From an uncultured Candidatus Saccharibacteria bacterium (GTDB lineage Bacteria; Patescibacteriota; WWE3; UBA101185; UBA10185), in the NCBI GenBank assembly GCA_964615625.1, contig CAZTQT010000001.1, positions 12,438 to 76,437 on the forward strand: a stretch of DNA of 64,000 bases, written 5' to 3'. Within the stretch, counting starts at the first letter, position 1; each line of letters opens with the position of its first letter. Positions 49,123-58,534 of the stretch are shown here, piece by piece. The notes beneath the pieces were generated by a model. The model ran no database searches. It had not been told where the DNA came from and saw nothing but the letters and a program-made list of their open reading frames with translations. The translations under genes and the position numbers were made by a program.

Positions 49123-50139
49123 TTATTTTAATTCCCTTTCTTTTGAAAAGTTATCTAGTTTTTCAATAAAATTTATAATTTTTTCTTCAATATGATGCGA
49201 GCTGAGACCGTACTTATTTTTTAAATCCGCATAATCTCCAGATTCTCCAAATGTATCTTGAATACCTATTCTTAGAAGAGGGGAGGGTAGGTTTTCTGAT
49301 AAAAATTCAGAAATAGCCCCGCCTAAACCCCCTGTTATTTGATGCTCTTCTACAGTTACACATATTTTGGTTTTTCCAACTGACTCTAATATCTTTTCTT
49401 TATCAAGCGGTTTTATAGTTGGGGAGGCAATAAGTTCAGCATTTATTTTATATTTTGCTTTAAGATTTTTAACAGCAATTAAAGCTTCGTATGTTATAGC
49501 ACCACAAGATATAACAGTAACATCTGTTCCCTCCACAAGAGTATATGCTTTTCCTATCACAAAGGGAGTATCTTTGGTTGTTATATCAGGGGTTTCTGCT
49601 TTAGAGTATCTTAAATAAACAGGCCCGTTGTGTTTAGATACTTCAACGACCGCTTTTTTGGTTTGCTCGTAATCTATTGGGTTTATTACAGTCATGTTAG
49701 GAAGTACTCTCATAATAGCAATATCTTCAAGGGGTTGAGCTGATGCACCGTCTGGTCCGTTTGAAAATCCCTCATGAGATCCACATATTTTCACATTTAA
49801 ATTGTTCATGCAAATAGACAATCTTATTTGATCCCATCCTCTGTAAGTTAAAAAAACGGCATGGGATACTAGAAATGGGGTGTTTCCCTCTATAGCTAAT
49901 CCTGCTGACATGGAGCACATATTTTGTTCAGCTATGCCTGTTTGAATAAATCTGTCGGGGTATTTTTCTCCAAATTCTTTTAACTTTACCGATTCTGACA
50001 GATCGGCTACAAGAGCGATAATAGAGGTGTCTTTTCCTGCTAATTCGATTAATGTTTTTCCAAAGGCATCTCTTGGGGATCTTTTTTCAGAGTCCTCAAG
50101 AAAAACATCTTGGTTTAGTCTAAGTCTGTAGTTAAGCAT
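49123..50139 (-). CDS. Transketolase C-terminal subunit
   Basis: ADLSES, GIAEQNM, GPVYLR, TVEEHQ..GGLG. Confidence 0.93.
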   Translation of the reverse strand: MLNYRLRLNQDVFLEDSEKRSPRDAFGKTLIELAGKDTSIIALVADLSESVKLKEFGEKYPDRFIQTGIAEQNMCSMSAGLAIEGNTPFLVSHAVFLTYRGWDQIRLSICMNNLNVKICGSHEGFSNGPDGASAQPLEDIAIMRVLPNMTVINPIDYEQTKKAVVEVSKHNGPVYLRYSKAETPDITTKDTPFVIGKAYTLVEGTDVTVISCGAITYEALIAVKNLKAKYKINAELIASPTIKPLDKEKILESVGKTKICVTVEEHQITGGLGGAISEFLSENLPSPLLRIGIQDTFGESGDYADLKNKYGLSSHHIEEKIINFIEKLDNFSKERELK

Positions 50140-50155
50140 AGGGCAGTAAAGAATT

Positions 50156-50740
50156 TTATTTACTATTTGTTACCTCGTTTGTTTCTTTGTTTTCTATTTC
50201 GGTATCATCACACATAATTACTTTTGTAATTTTATCAAAATCAATTCTGTAATTAGTTTTAGACAGAATAACCATATCTACTGCAATATTTTTATCTTTC
50301 TCCATATTGCAGTCTTTTTCTGGTACTGTTTCCTCAAATTCAATTAACATTTTCTTCTTTTCTTTATCCTCATATATTTTCTTTATTTTAATTTTTCTCC
50401 CTGTATCCTCGTTTGTGTTTGTGGAGACTGCAAGAACAATTTTTTTATCAAAATCAATTCTCTCTTTCACGGTTAAGAGGCCTGTTTTGTCTATTTTATT
50501 AAGAAATTCATTAAGCTCTTGTTCGCTAGTAATGACCTTTCTCTCTTTTTCCATATCCTCGTCTAAATATATTACCGTCGGAAAGCCTTCAATTCTTTGT
50601 ATCGTGGGGCCTTTATTAAACTTTGGGAGTTTTAATTCTCCTTTAAGTAGAAAATAACCAACCCCGAGCATAAGGCCTATTAAAACAACAATAGGCAGTA
50701 TACTTATTCTTAAAGACGCTTTTTGTCTATGATTCATCAT
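50156..50740 (-). CDS. TM-anchored protein, possibly PrcB C-terminal-like
   Basis: TM, VITSEQEL, IDFDKKIVLAV, GRKIKIKKI. Confidence 0.5.
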   Translation of the reverse strand: MMNHRQKASLRISILPIVVLIGLMLGVGYFLLKGELKLPKFNKGPTIQRIEGFPTVIYLDEDMEKERKVITSEQELNEFLNKIDKTGLLTVKERIDFDKKIVLAVSTNTNEDTGRKIKIKKIYEDKEKKKMLIEFEETVPEKDCNMEKDKNIAVDMVILSKTNYRIDFDKITKVIMCDDTEIENKETNEVTNSK

Positions 50741-50750
50741 TTTATTCCTC

Positions 50751-51596
50751 CTAAATTATAGAACTAAGTTCCTCTTTAGCTTGAACGGCCTCCATTTTAT
50801 TAGGGACCTTTCCATGCCATTGGTATTTGTTCTTCATAAAATCTACACCCTCTCCAGGTATTGTATTTGCAATTATTACAGTAGGACGATGTGTCACTGA
50901 TTTCGCTATGTTACAGGCAGATATTATTTCTTCTATGTTATGGCCGTTTATTTCTAAAACATGCCAGTTGAAACTTTCAAGTTTGTCTTTTAAATTTTCT
51001 AAGGGCATTATATCTTCTGTATTGCCGTCGCTTTGTATTTTATTCCTATCTATTATCCACGTTATATTATCAATTTTTTTATTTGGAGCAAACATAGCTG
51101 CTTCCCACACCTGACCTTCATTTATTTCCCCATCCCCAGTTATGCAGTATACCCTGTAGTTTTGGTTAGATATTTTTGATGATATTGCCACCCCAAGCGC
51201 TTGAGATAACCCCTGACCTAGAGATCCACTGGTGTTTTCTATTCCGGGTAGAGAATTAATCTTGGGATGTCCTTGTAAATTAGAATTTAATTTTCTTAAT
51301 TCCCATAACTCTGTTTTTGGGAAAAAACCTCTTTCTGAGAGGGTTGCGTACCAGATAGGGCATATATGGCCATTTGATAAGAAAAGCCTATCCCTATCCT
51401 TTTTGTTTGGGTTCTTAGGATCTATGTTTAACACATTAAAATAAAGAGATGTGAATATTTCTGCAGTACCCAAAGAACCAGCGGTGTGCCCAGATTTTGC
51501 TTCAGTTAACATGTCTATAACAGTTTGTCTAAGTTTGTTAGATATTTTATACAGTGTGTCTGTGTCTGGATTGTTGCCTGTTTTTTCAGTGGACAT
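50751..51596 (-). CDS. Transketolase N-terminal subunit
   Basis: SGHTAGSL, RDRLFLSNGH, LQGHP, GSLGQG, GDGEINEGQVWEA, WHGK. Confidence 0.95.
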   Translation of the reverse strand: MSTEKTGNNPDTDTLYKISNKLRQTVIDMLTEAKSGHTAGSLGTAEIFTSLYFNVLNIDPKNPNKKDRDRLFLSNGHICPIWYATLSERGFFPKTELWELRKLNSNLQGHPKINSLPGIENTSGSLGQGLSQALGVAISSKISNQNYRVYCITGDGEINEGQVWEAAMFAPNKKIDNITWIIDRNKIQSDGNTEDIMPLENLKDKLESFNWHVLEINGHNIEEIISACNIAKSVTHRPTVIIANTIPGEGVDFMKNKYQWHGKVPNKMEAVQAKEELSSII

Positions 51597-51643
51597 TATT
51601 AAAAGTATATCACGATATTGGCTGCCTAATGTTTAGTTTTATT

Positions 51644-51672
51644 TTGACTTATAGGCTTTGAAATGTTAAAAT
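51644..51672 (+). promoter_or_regulatory. Near-consensus sigma70 promoter pointing into a non-coding region
   Basis: TTGACT(51644-49)-17 nt-TAAAAT(51667-72) with extended TG. Confidence 0.7.
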
Positions 51673-51679
51673 CTCTAAA

Positions 51680-51869
51680 GCGTGGTTGGCTTTTGGTGTT
51701 GTTGGGGTTGCTGCCATTCATCCCCACTCCTTACTCAGTTTTAAATATTAAAGCTGGGGTTTTCAACACCTTCCAATCCCCACATGCTCCAGTTAGCCAT
51801 GTTTACGGTAGTTACAGACAGATCCAAAATTAGGGTTTGTTTTATCAATCGTTACATGGCTAATCTTTT
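51680..51869 (+). ncRNA. Candidate structured non-coding RNA, family unassigned
   Basis: Promoter directly upstream; several nested stems with G-U pairs that work only on the + strand; no credible ORF. Confidence 0.55.
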
Positions 51870-51892
51870 ATATCAATCAGTTGTTTTAGTTT

Positions 51893-52489
51893 TTAATCCT
51901 TGTAAATACTGTCTTCTATGGATTTTATATAATCAAGAACTTCTTGTGGGGTAGTGCATATTTCAAGTATTTCTGTCTCACCACCTCTTACTGTCATATT
52001 TTCATCTATTGCTTTCAAGATGCCATTCCAATGTTCTCCAAAAAGTATTATTGGCTTGTTATTTGGCTCATGTATGTAAGAATTTTCCCAAGACATGCCA
52101 AACTCACTTAGAGTTCCAATGCTTCCCCTAAATATTACATGTATATCAGATGTTTGGAGCATAACTTTTGTTCTATCAAAGTAATCAAGAGTTTTTACTT
52201 CAAGATCAAATTTGTTTTCTGGATCTACGCCCTCAAAATGTCTTTTTGGTTTATTTGGATGGTATGTTACTGCAAGTACCCCAGCACCTCCTTCGTGTGC
52301 ACCCTCAGTTGACGCTCTCATAACCCCAGGACCACCACCATTAACAATCCCATATCCGTTTTTGGCAAGTAGTTTTGCTGTAGCTTTAGCTTGTATGTAA
52401 GGTTCATCGTTTTCATTCCACGCAGCACCGCCTAAAAAACAGACCATTAAAGGCCTTCTACTGTTTTTGTTTATTGTTGTTTTTTCCAT
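51893..52489 (-). CDS. LOG/SLOG family protein
   Basis: VNGGGPGVM, YFDRTK.M, GSIGTLSE, KPIILFG..W. Confidence 0.88.
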   Translation of the reverse strand: MEKTTINKNSRRPLMVCFLGGAAWNENDEPYIQAKATAKLLAKNGYGIVNGGGPGVMRASTEGAHEGGAGVLAVTYHPNKPKRHFEGVDPENKFDLEVKTLDYFDRTKVMLQTSDIHVIFRGSIGTLSEFGMSWENSYIHEPNNKPIILFGEHWNGILKAIDENMTVRGGETEILEICTTPQEVLDYIKSIEDSIYKD

Positions 52490-52491
52490 AA

Positions 52492-53154
52492 TTACCTTTC
52501 TTCCAAAATTTTTAGAAATTCCAACATTTCATCCTTGGGATTACTAGTATTAAATATTGCTGAACCAACTACCACATTGTCAACCCCTGATTTTAATATC
52601 TCATATATATTTTGTTTGTTTACGCCCCCATCTATTTGTGTTTTTATGTTAGGAAATTCTTCTTTAAAAATTGATATTTTTTGAATGACTTCTGGTATAA
52701 ATTTGTTTCCCTGTTTACCAGGTATAACTCCCATAAATTGGACCAGTGATATTCTTTCTAAAATTGGTTTGAGTAGAGATGAGTCTTGGTCATAATTTAT
52801 AGATATTCCTGAAATGTAGTTAAATTTTTCACATACATCAAAAAAAGAATTTAAATCGCCCTCATTAACAAATTGGGTAATGAAAGTGTTCACAACCTTC
52901 TTTTTTATCGCCATATCTAGGCAGGATTTTTCATATTTCTCCACAAAATCAGCTGGTTTTTCTACCATTAGGTGTATTGATATGTTTGCAGATGTGTCTA
53001 GTTCGTTAAGCTTGGGAAGGTCCGTAAATGTTTCTTCTTTTATTAAAGTATTATCAAGTACATCTACTTGCACTTCTTTAGACAAATCTTCAACTACTCC
53101 AATTCTTTTTTGTATCTCACTGAAATCTTTTTCAAGAATTGCAGGTATTATCAT
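52492..53154 (-). CDS. rpe: Ribulose-phosphate 3-epimerase
   Basis: IIPAIL, QVDVLD, HLMV, MGVIPG.QG.KF, QIDGGV, VVGSAIF. Confidence 0.88.
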   Translation of the reverse strand: MIIPAILEKDFSEIQKRIGVVEDLSKEVQVDVLDNTLIKEETFTDLPKLNELDTSANISIHLMVEKPADFVEKYEKSCLDMAIKKKVVNTFITQFVNEGDLNSFFDVCEKFNYISGISINYDQDSSLLKPILERISLVQFMGVIPGKQGNKFIPEVIQKISIFKEEFPNIKTQIDGGVNKQNIYEILKSGVDNVVVGSAIFNTSNPKDEMLEFLKILEER

Positions 53155-53600
53155 TTTTCCTCTTCCTCAAATGATGCAAGTTTGACCAATCTTCTTATAT
53201 GTCTTTCTTCTCCGGAGAAATTTGTTGTCAACCATCTTTGTACCGTGATAAGAGCCTCTTCTTTTGTTATGTAATCAGCAGGTAATGCTAAAACATTTGC
53301 CCCATCATCATTTCTGGTAGACGCTGCATGTACTGGATTCCAAGATAATGCCGCTCTGACACCATCAAACTTATTTGCAGCTATGCTTATTCCCACCCCG
53401 TTTGCACATATAACAATACCCATGTTTTCAGGATTTTCTTGAATCTTTTCTGCTACAATCTTCGCATAGTCAGGATAATCGTCCTCAGGGTTTATATCTT
53501 TTGGCCCTAAATCCTCTATATGAATATCATCTTTTTCTAACTCTTCCACCAAAAATTTTTTAAGTTCAAATCCTCGGTGATCTGAAGATATGTAAATCAT
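53151..53600 (-). CDS. rpiB: Ribose-5-phosphate isomerase B
   Basis: SDHRGF.LK, DDYPDYA, ICANGVG, ANKFDGVRAA, ERHIRR. Confidence 0.93.
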   Translation of the reverse strand: MIYISSDHRGFELKKFLVEELEKDDIHIEDLGPKDINPEDDYPDYAKIVAEKIQENPENMGIVICANGVGISIAANKFDGVRAALSWNPVHAASTRNDDGANVLALPADYITKEEALITVQRWLTTNFSGEERHIRRLVKLASFEEEEK

Positions 53601-54340
53601 TTACTTTTCCTAACTTTATAAAAAATAAATAAAGCAATTATTATATTAAGTATAGATATACATTGAGATACATTCAAGGAAACACTGTTGCCAAGAGATA
53701 TTTCCCATTGTTCTATTCTTATGAAATCTAAGAAAAATCTTATCATCGAGTATCCAAAAAGGTATGAAGCCACAAAAAAGCCTTTTCCCAAGTATTTTTC
53801 TTTATGTTTTTTGTATAAGAAAATCATTACAACGAATAGCAAAAGACATAAAATTGATTCATACAAAAATAAAGGATGAAAGTTTGAGGAAGTAGAGAAG
53901 TTATCGGGTCTATTTTTTGGTTCCACAAACATTCCCCAAGGGAGTTTCGTTGGTAGACCTAAGATTTCTTTATTAAAAAAATTTCCCCACCTTCCTATTG
54001 CTTGTCCAAGTGGAATTGATATTGAAATTTTGTCTAGCCAAGAAATAATTTTTTGTTTTTTACCTTTTAGGTATAAAGAGGATCCTATAATGCCTCCAAA
54101 AATACCTCCCCATATTCCAAGCCCACCCTTCCATATCTTAAAAATCTCTAACAAGTTGTTTTCATAATATGTCCAGAAATCAAAAACATGGTAAAAACGT
54201 GCTCCAACTATACCGCACAAAATTAACCAGAAACACATTCCCCACATAATATCTTCGTCTTTTTTGTCTATTAGAGAACGAAGAATTAGTATTGAAAAAA
54301 ATATAGATAAACTTATTGTGATTCCGTATATACTCAACAC
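53597..54340 (-). CDS. lgt: Prolipoprotein diacylglyceryl transferase
   Basis: GARFYHV, IWKGGLGIWGG, LGQAIGRWGNFFNKE, HPLFLYES. GTG start at 54340 overlaps the upstream TAG. Confidence 0.93.
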   Translation of the reverse strand: MLSIYGITISLSIFFSILILRSLIDKKDEDIMWGMCFWLILCGIVGARFYHVFDFWTYYENNLLEIFKIWKGGLGIWGGIFGGIIGSSLYLKGKKQKIISWLDKISISIPLGQAIGRWGNFFNKEILGLPTKLPWGMFVEPKNRPDNFSTSSNFHPLFLYESILCLLLFVVMIFLYKKHKEKYLGKGFFVASYLFGYSMIRFFLDFIRIEQWEISLGNSVSLNVSQCISILNIIIALFIFYKVRKSK

Positions 54341-54885
54341 TATATTAGGAAAAGACAAGCGATCAATATTGCTAAAAGAACAATAATAAATAACAAGACA
54401 GAAGATTTTTTGGGAGTAACTTTTAAGGCCCAAAACCACTCTTTAATATCTCCTTCAAAGTAACATTCTATTAATCTATAGATAGAATTTGCAAGCATTG
54501 ATAGAACGAAAGTTTTTGCAAAGTAAGATTTGGTGGAGTAGGAGACAAACAAAGCTACTGGTACAAGAATCATTTGAAAAAGCGCACTGTTTAGTGATTT
54601 CTCTTTGACGTCATCTCTGTGCTCGTTTATAAAAGCTATTAATCCTCCAGTATCTTTACTTTTTATATAACCAAAAACAGATATTGCAAAACTGCTATTA
54701 GGTTCAAACATATAGGAGTAGAGAATATACTCCAAATCTAGCACAAACGCTCCCATTAAAACTCCAGATAGTATTTCAAATATTTCAAAGGGTTTTTTTA
54801 CCACCCCAAGTGCGGCTACCATTATTCCTAAAGTAACAGATATAAGAAGAGGGAGTTTATAGTATGTAAATATTTTCTTTATCAT
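54340..54885 (-). CDS. Multi-TM hypothetical protein
   Basis: Several hydrophobic segments, GAFVLDLEY, WFW. Confidence 0.7.
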   Translation of the reverse strand: MIKKIFTYYKLPLLISVTLGIMVAALGVVKKPFEIFEILSGVLMGAFVLDLEYILYSYMFEPNSSFAISVFGYIKSKDTGGLIAFINEHRDDVKEKSLNSALFQMILVPVALFVSYSTKSYFAKTFVLSMLANSIYRLIECYFEGDIKEWFWALKVTPKKSSVLLFIIVLLAILIACLFLI

Positions 54886-54901
54886 TTGTACTTTAATGAT
54901 A

Positions 54902-55222
54902 CTATTTAGATTTTTCACTTCCAATACTTTGTTTTTTCTCTTTTTCCTTGTTTTCTCGTTCTTTTTTAATTTGTCCTACTTTCCACATAAACAAACGCCC
55001 TTTTGTTGTTGCGTTCTTTGAGTTTAGTACTGATATCCTTGCTTCCTCAAGAATGTTCCTATCCTCATTTTTTGCTAGTTTTATGTACAGTGTTCTGTGT
55101 CTCACGTCTCCTAGCTCTTCAGCCAACTTATTGCCATAGGCTTGAAATTCATGAGAGCATCTATAGTCTCTCCCCATTTTTTTGCTATTTATTATGTCAG
55201 ATATACTTTTTGGATTTGCCAT
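54902..55222 (-). CDS. Basic hypothetical protein downstream of the ligase
   Basis: HEFQAYG..LAEELGD...LYIKLAK...KGRLFMWK; abuts the ligase stop codon. Confidence 0.7.
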   Translation of the reverse strand: MANPKSISDIINSKKMGRDYRCSHEFQAYGNKLAEELGDVRHRTLYIKLAKNEDRNILEEARISVLNSKNATTKGRLFMWKVGQIKKERENKEKEKKQSIGSEKSK

Positions 55223-57016
55223 TTATTTTCTTTGGTTTTTATGAATTTTCTTAATTTCTTCAACTGTTGTAGCATCTTGTGGCTTTTTATCATGTCTAAA
55301 TTTTATTAATCTTGGAAACCTTAAAGCGTATTTTGCTGTATGTGACGGAGAAACGCTTATCTCATCGGCACCTATTTCAACTACAAGTTCTGGGCTTACT
55401 ATAACATCAGGTGTGAACATTTTAGTAACATCAACATTCTTAGGTAATTCTTTTATTTTTATCTTATCGCAGGCTGCTTTTAGTACCTTTAAATCATCTT
55501 CTGTTAGACCTGTCCCTATCTTTGAAACAGTTTTAAAAGTGTTGGTTTTTTCATCAAAAACGCCAGCTAGAAAACCCCCTATCCCAAATTTTGATCTGAC
55601 CCCCTTGCCGTAGTAATAGCCTAAAACTACACAATCTACAGTATCAGAAAGGAGCTTTTGATCAGCAGTTTTATACTTTATCCACGAATACGATCTGGCC
55701 CCAGCTTGGTACGGGTCTTCTGGGGTTTTAACCACAATCCCTTCCAACCCTTTATTTTTTGCAATTTCAAAATACTCTTCTAATTTTTCAAATTCCGTTG
55801 TTTCAAGATGTTCATCTACTTCAATCACATTTCCTGTTTTTATGACAGAGGAGAGTAGTTTTCTTCGTTCAGAGAGCGGTTTGTGTGCTATGGATTCTCC
55901 GTTTAAATACAGAAGATCAAATACAAAATATTTAAGAGGAATGTTTTTTGCTGCTTCAGAAATGTTATATTTCCTTTTCCTCTGTATTGTCTCTTGAAAA
56001 GGTAGAAATTCTCCTGTTTCTTTGTTGTATCCAATTCCCTCGCCGTCTAATATAGCGGAATTTGCATTTATTTGTATTTTTGCAGCTTCTATAATCTCTG
56101 GATATTGATGGGTTGTCTCTTCTAAATTTCTTGTATATGTTTTTACCAGTGTTTCATCTTTTACACCGCTAAACAAACTTCCCTGGGGTTTGTTATCACT
56201 GTTACGTTTCTCATCATAATTACCTTTTTTGGCAAAATGAAGTTGTACTCTTGTACCATCAAACTTAAATTCGGCCCAAACGTTATCTATTCTTTCCATA
56301 ATTTCTTCCATCCCGCTCACCCTTTGGGCTTTTTGTGATAAAACAGGAACCCCTATTTCCATTTCTATACCATCAATTCCTTTTATCCCATCGCTTTTTA
56401 TTTTTTTAGCTATTAAACCTATATCTGGGTGTATGTTGTATTTATTTTCTATTTTTTTAGCTAGGGATTTATCATTTAAAAAATTGGCCAGCGCAACTAT
56501 TATTGTTAATTCTGTAAATCCAAGCCTCATTGTTCCTAAAATTATTCTTGTTATATGTTTGGCCGATAAGGCATCTACGTCTTTTATCAGATTTGATATT
56601 TTAGTTATTTTTGCTTCTTGTGATCCAGAACCTTCAATTTGGGATATATCTATAAGTTTGGAATATACTTCAGATATAGTTGGATTTTTGCTGGTTTCAT
56701 CGTTTTTTTTAAATTCAAAAACAACATTTCCTAGATCCCCTGTTTGTGCATATAGATTTTGAATATTATCTTTTATATCTGGATTTTTAGCAGTGGAGAA
56801 GGATTGTTCAAGGACTCTAAACATCATTCTATCTGCAATGTTGAATTTTATTCCCTCAAACTGCGCCCCAATATAACCAGAAGCCAAGTATATAGCCTTG
56901 TCAGTTTCTTCAACATCCAGGTTTTTGATTAAATCTGAAAGTATATCAACCATCTCTAATCTTTTTGTGGTGTCTTCTAGTTTTTGAAGATACTTTGATA
57001 GCTCACTAAATCTCAT
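55223..57016 (-). CDS. ATP-dependent DNA ligase (with DNA-binding domain, archaeal/LigB-like architecture)
   Basis: Motif I EFKFDGTRVQ, ILDGE, FVFDLL, EGIVVK, WIKYK, ALRFPR. Confidence 0.95.
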   Translation of the reverse strand: MRFSELSKYLQKLEDTTKRLEMVDILSDLIKNLDVEETDKAIYLASGYIGAQFEGIKFNIADRMMFRVLEQSFSTAKNPDIKDNIQNLYAQTGDLGNVVFEFKKNDETSKNPTISEVYSKLIDISQIEGSGSQEAKITKISNLIKDVDALSAKHITRIILGTMRLGFTELTIIVALANFLNDKSLAKKIENKYNIHPDIGLIAKKIKSDGIKGIDGIEMEIGVPVLSQKAQRVSGMEEIMERIDNVWAEFKFDGTRVQLHFAKKGNYDEKRNSDNKPQGSLFSGVKDETLVKTYTRNLEETTHQYPEIIEAAKIQINANSAILDGEGIGYNKETGEFLPFQETIQRKRKYNISEAAKNIPLKYFVFDLLYLNGESIAHKPLSERRKLLSSVIKTGNVIEVDEHLETTEFEKLEEYFEIAKNKGLEGIVVKTPEDPYQAGARSYSWIKYKTADQKLLSDTVDCVVLGYYYGKGVRSKFGIGGFLAGVFDEKTNTFKTVSKIGTGLTEDDLKVLKAACDKIKIKELPKNVDVTKMFTPDVIVSPELVVEIGADEISVSPSHTAKYALRFPRLIKFRHDKKPQDATTVEEIKKIHKNQRK

Positions 57017-57066
57017 GGGCTTATTATATCCTAAGGTGTGAGAAATTTTATTATTCTTAATATAAG

Positions 57067-58059
57067 CTACTTAAGCTCGTATCTAGATGATTTAGTACTT
57101 CCAGTCTTTTGCACAATGCCTGCATCTATCAGAGACTTTAAATCTCTTAAAACAGTATCTTCTGATATATCAGGAAAAATTCTGGAAAAATCTTTGTTTT
57201 GTAACACTCCGTAATCCTGCATGTACTCTATAATTCTTTCCTGTCTTGTGCTTACTTTTGTTCTCCCTGTAGCCTTTGCAATCTTTGTATCTTTGGCTAA
57301 TAATTTAACGTTTTGTGAAACAGTTGAAACTTCTGAGGCCAGTGCTTCCGTAAAATATTCCAACCATTCTGTTAAATCTTGATCAGAGTGGTTTATGGAA
57401 TCAAGAGAATTTCTATAATCAGCCTTAGTATTTTTGTAGTAATTTTCAATTGATATTAAATCCCTAAAACCATACCCTGATGTTTTTAAGCACACGTACG
57501 TCATTAAATTAGCTGTGGTGCTGTTCATTTCTTCAAATGGGTGTATTTTTTCTAAACATGCTTTCATTATCCCAGCCGTTATAATCTTATGAGTTTCTTT
57601 TGCATCCAGACTGTTGTGCCAATCAAAAAGGCTTACCACTTGGGCTAATATTTCTTCAGGTTTTGTTTTTCCTACCATTTTTGACCCTCTGTAAGAACCT
57701 TGTTTGATTTTTGGTACAAGACCATCAGTAAGGGTTTTATGGATGTATTTTAAATCCACTTCTTCAAAATCTCTGTTTTTTGAAATATCGTTAGCTAGGT
57801 AAACGCTTTTAATAATATTTAGGGTTTCTCTGTCAGGAGTTTGGTTTATATTCTCAACGCACTCTTTTATTAATTGTTGGTTTGTGTTTATTCCTAATAA
57901 TTGTAAAGATCCGTAAACTATTTTAACAACAGCATCTTTTTTAAGTTGAGATTCCCAAGAGGGGAGTATTGTGGTGTTTTCTATGACAGACTTTCCGTAC
58001 TCAATTACGGCTATATTATTGAGAGTTTTTGAGGTGATAGAGTATTCAGGAAAGTACAT
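57067..58059 (-). CDS. Fic-family protein with C-terminal HTH and degenerate Fic motif
   Basis: HPFEEMNSTTA in place of HPFxDGNGRxxR; DLTEWLEYF; SEDTVLRDLK.L...G. Confidence 0.8.
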   Translation of the reverse strand: MYFPEYSITSKTLNNIAVIEYGKSVIENTTILPSWESQLKKDAVVKIVYGSLQLLGINTNQQLIKECVENINQTPDRETLNIIKSVYLANDISKNRDFEEVDLKYIHKTLTDGLVPKIKQGSYRGSKMVGKTKPEEILAQVVSLFDWHNSLDAKETHKIITAGIMKACLEKIHPFEEMNSTTANLMTYVCLKTSGYGFRDLISIENYYKNTKADYRNSLDSINHSDQDLTEWLEYFTEALASEVSTVSQNVKLLAKDTKIAKATGRTKVSTRQERIIEYMQDYGVLQNKDFSRIFPDISEDTVLRDLKSLIDAGIVQKTGSTKSSRYELK

Positions 58060-58157
58060 AAAATAATTATCGCATATTTACCGCAAATTAAATATGGATG
58101 TATTTAATTGTGTTATACTGTCCAAAATTATTAAAAAGTAAGCAAAAGGAGAGAAAA

Positions 58158-58487
58158 ATGTTAGAAGAACAAATCGTTACTGTTGGTCCTGTAGGTAAGC
58201 ACATGGGATTGCTTGTTATTGTTTTAGCAAAAAGAAAAGAAGATTTGGATGGAGATGTTGTAACTTTGTTTATCTCTGGTAGAGAAGTAGTGAGCAGCGG
58301 TGTGTTACCACATCCAAATGAGATATCTCTTATCAGAGATAAGAATTTAGTAAGTTCTGTCTCAGGACAAGGGATTGGTTATGCTTGGTTTGATATAGAC
58401 CTCTCAACCATATCAAGCAAAAATGATATTTCCATAGTAATGTCAAACGGAGATACGAAGAAATCTCCTGTTAGAATCTGTATTTAA
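58158..58487 (+). CDS. Hypothetical protein (orphan, own promoter, SD and terminator)
   Basis: TG-T-TATACT near 58111-58119, AAGGAG 6 nt before ATG 58158. Confidence 0.55.
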   Translation: MLEEQIVTVGPVGKHMGLLVIVLAKRKEDLDGDVVTLFISGREVVSSGVLPHPNEISLIRDKNLVSSVSGQGIGYAWFDIDLSTISSKNDISIVMSNGDTKKSPVRICI

Positions 58488-58502
58488 AAAGTAGTTTTGA
58501 AC

Positions 58503-58532
58503 AAGCCTCCAATAAGAAATTTTTGGAGGCTT
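58503..58532. terminator. Hairpin between the orphan gene and recF
   Basis: AAGCCTCCAA...TTGGAGGCTT. Confidence 0.65.
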
Positions 58533-58534
58533 TC

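Noticed and set aside
51682-51744. 20-codon Cys-rich GTG ORF (VVGFWCCWGCCH...) just after the strong promoter
   Set aside because: Its composition follows from the G/U-rich stem strand, and the extensive pairing is better explained by an RNA. Not fully excluded.
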